The notes below the pieces were generated by a model. The model had not been told where the DNA came from and made no database searches. It was given only the letters and a program-made list of their open reading frames with translations. Below are positions 61,515 to 64,000 of a DNA stretch of 64,000 nt, one piece after another (the stretch's first letter is position 1; every line of letters begins with the position of its first letter). This stretch comes from Podarcis vaucheri (taxonomy: Eukaryota): NCBI GenBank assembly GCA_965113315.1, contig OZ220364.1, one strand, 5' to 3'. The position numbers were made by a program, and so were the translations under genes.

Positions 61515-64000
61515 TAGATCCAAAGGGCTTAAAATGGAGGAGAGGCTGCACTCCAGGATCTATTTTTAAGCTAAAATCCCCAATAAAGCTTACTCTAGAA
61601 TAGACTAAGAGGTTTCGGGAGAAGCATTTGGGAGCAAATGATTGAGAGTTCTTTGGCCATTTCCCATTAATAAAATTGCCATGTTTGGCAATAAATATTC
61701 TTTTTTATATGCGTTCCTGAACCACAATAGATGTCTCAACTTCCAGACACAACATTAATTAATTCCATTCCCTCCCATTATGGTTTCTGTGGAATAAGAA
61801 AGGTGTAAGGGAGAAGGTGCGAGTGATGTTCTCAGGTTCTCCCCTGGCTTGGTGTCATTCCTCATCTTGTTGCAGACCTTTTCCTAACAACCTACTGCAC
61901 AGGCTTGTTCAATTATTTTCTGGGGCTTTTAGTAGTTTTCCTATTACTATCACAACTTCATAACAAAGATGAAACATTAAGTCATTCTGAACCCAAAATT
62001 AGATGGGAGGAACCTACTCTGCTCACGGTCAACACAAAGCTGGAGAGGTTCTGGATTTTCTCAGACGTTACCTAAAGCAACTTTTTGCTGCACTCTGGCT
62101 GTCTTGTGTGGGAGGAGTAGCAAAGTATAAACTTTAATATATTAAACAAAAAAAGGACTTTAGAAGGTAAAGTAGGCCATGACAGACAGGCTGATAGAAA
62201 TAATGTCACTTACTTGTCAGCATATAGATAGTCCCGCCAGCATTCTAGGATTTATTTATTTTTAACGAAAACATGTGCAACTCAATTCCACCAATATGAA
62301 ATCATGCCCCTGCAGCAAAATAGGTAAAGCAAACATTAAAGCTCTCCCTAATCTGACCTTGGGTGTTCTCAGAACTATAAAAAGGATTATTTATGGAACC
62401 TCTGGATCAGTGATATAATAGCTTTACTATGCCTAATTACAATGCTCTGGAGTGAGATTACCCTTGTAAGTCAGTCACTCATACACTTAAATGCAGTTTC
62501 TCTGGCTGGAACATCAACATCAGGGACAGAGCGTTCACATTGTGAGAGAGCACAGTTGTAAATACAATTTTTCTAGTGACAAAAATTGTTTGAATTTGAT
62601 GTTTCTGTTAACATTTTACAATATTAAGTGTTCAAATTCAGTGCTGTGTTCACAGGTTAACTTATTTATTTATTTCTTAAGAAAATTATATTGATTGAGG
62701 CATTTTTAGTTGTATCTGTTTTAATTCATGTTGTGAGCCACTTTGGGTCCTGTACTTGGAGAAAGGAGGGATATAAATAATACAAAATAAATATAAAGCT
62801 TTGGGGAAATATTTTGTCAATGAAATGATCCACTGGAAAAAAACTTAAGATATTCTGCTGCACTGAAAGAGATGCATTATAAACAGCAGGAAATTCAGTA
62901 AGACTTGAGGCCTGTGTCACACAATGATAGAGCAACTGGGCTGGATGCAAGTATAGATGTAATAAGATAAATAGAGATTCTTAGGTCATATTTCTCCAGT
63001 GATAATTATCAAGCAATACCTTGGTTGCTTAAAATCTCCATTGCAGGTCAGCTATCACAGACTGAGCCTTCTCATCACACGAATGATGGTAATAGGAGGC
63101 ATACTGGGATACGATAAGCTTATCATGCGCTAGCAGCCACTCAAACAGCGAGTTCAATTCATCCTAAAATATGGATGGATAAAATATGTCGATGAAGTTG
63201 GATAAAAAGCAAGGAGGGACAGAGTCGATGCAGACAGAGGTCAGTGGATGAACTGTATTAGGACATGAATGGAGTGCATTTGGACAGGGCTGGATAGATA
63301 TAGAGTGCCCATGGGTAAATGGATGAAACATATGCAGAGAGGAATGGATGGATAAGATGCAGTTATGGATGTATTAATAGATTCAGATAGAGTGCACGCT
63401 GGTGAAAATGGATAGACGGGCTGTTTGAAAATCAAGATGGAGGGATTTATAGGTCTTTTTGAAACCGTAAGCAGACATATTTGGAGACGCTTGCATCAAA
63501 GCAGTTTTGGGGGTGGGGGAAGTTACCCTCATCCAAAGCAATAAATCTTAATATCAATAGTATTCGGTGGTGCCATGAGCCTTTATTTTACATTTAAACA
63601 TTCTACTCTGGCTCTCACACCCACCCACTCAAGCCACCCAGAACCTCTGCTGAGTGGTAGCAAGATTCCAGGGGGTTCCAGGCACTCACACAGAGTTGTG
63701 TTTCTGTTGGGGAATCAAGGCACAGCAGAGACGAGTGTCTTTAAGAAATATGGTTTGTTTTACTCATATTGACACCTAGAGCCTTCAGTGGAGGGGGTGC
63801 AGAACATGACACCCCAACTGTGTCTCTCATAGCTTCAGCAAGCTTGGGCCCAGAGCAACAGCCAGTCTTGGACCCCAGCCTTTTGGTGACCCCCTCCAGA
63901 CAGCGCCACAAGGAACTCTCCCTCCTTTTTGTTCCCAGGACACCTTGCCAAAAAGCCTCTGAGTAAAACAGTAGTTCTCATCATTTTTTTTTCTCTAGGC

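Noticed and set aside
63170-63450. GGAT/AGAT-rich purine stretch
   Set aside because: Looks like a decayed simple repeat with no stable period or coding signal.
63706-64000. Possible minus-strand LTR starting tgttgggg
   Set aside because: No matching terminus, TSD or clear poly(A) signal is visible inside the window.

Overview
Vertebrate non-coding DNA, almost certainly from a squamate and most likely a lacertid lizard (Podarcis/Lacerta-like). The assignment rests on young Sauria SINEs, a Bov-B 3' end, lacertid-type L2, CR1 and Penelope fragments, and Tigger/pogo-like and hAT MITEs. I could not support any host protein-coding exon, so the window looks like a large intron or gene desert: many short TE insertions separated by repeat-free blocks that resemble conserved non-coding elements (conservation not testable here). 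There is a 145-N assembly gap at 26291-26435. The most unusual object is an 825-bp solo LTR (45846-46670; TG...CA ends, ATAAT TSD). It carries an intact 219-codon ORF whose internal peptide repeats differ at synonymous positions, which suggests an LTR-encoded accessory protein. Also notable are hammerhead-ribozyme motifs in Penelope fragments, a 5S-rRNA-derived SINE-like element with an L2-type tail, a ~1.1-kb L1-like non-autonomous element, and several chimeric or templated junctions. Family names come from recognising sequence by eye, not from database searches. Boundaries without a TSD are approximate.
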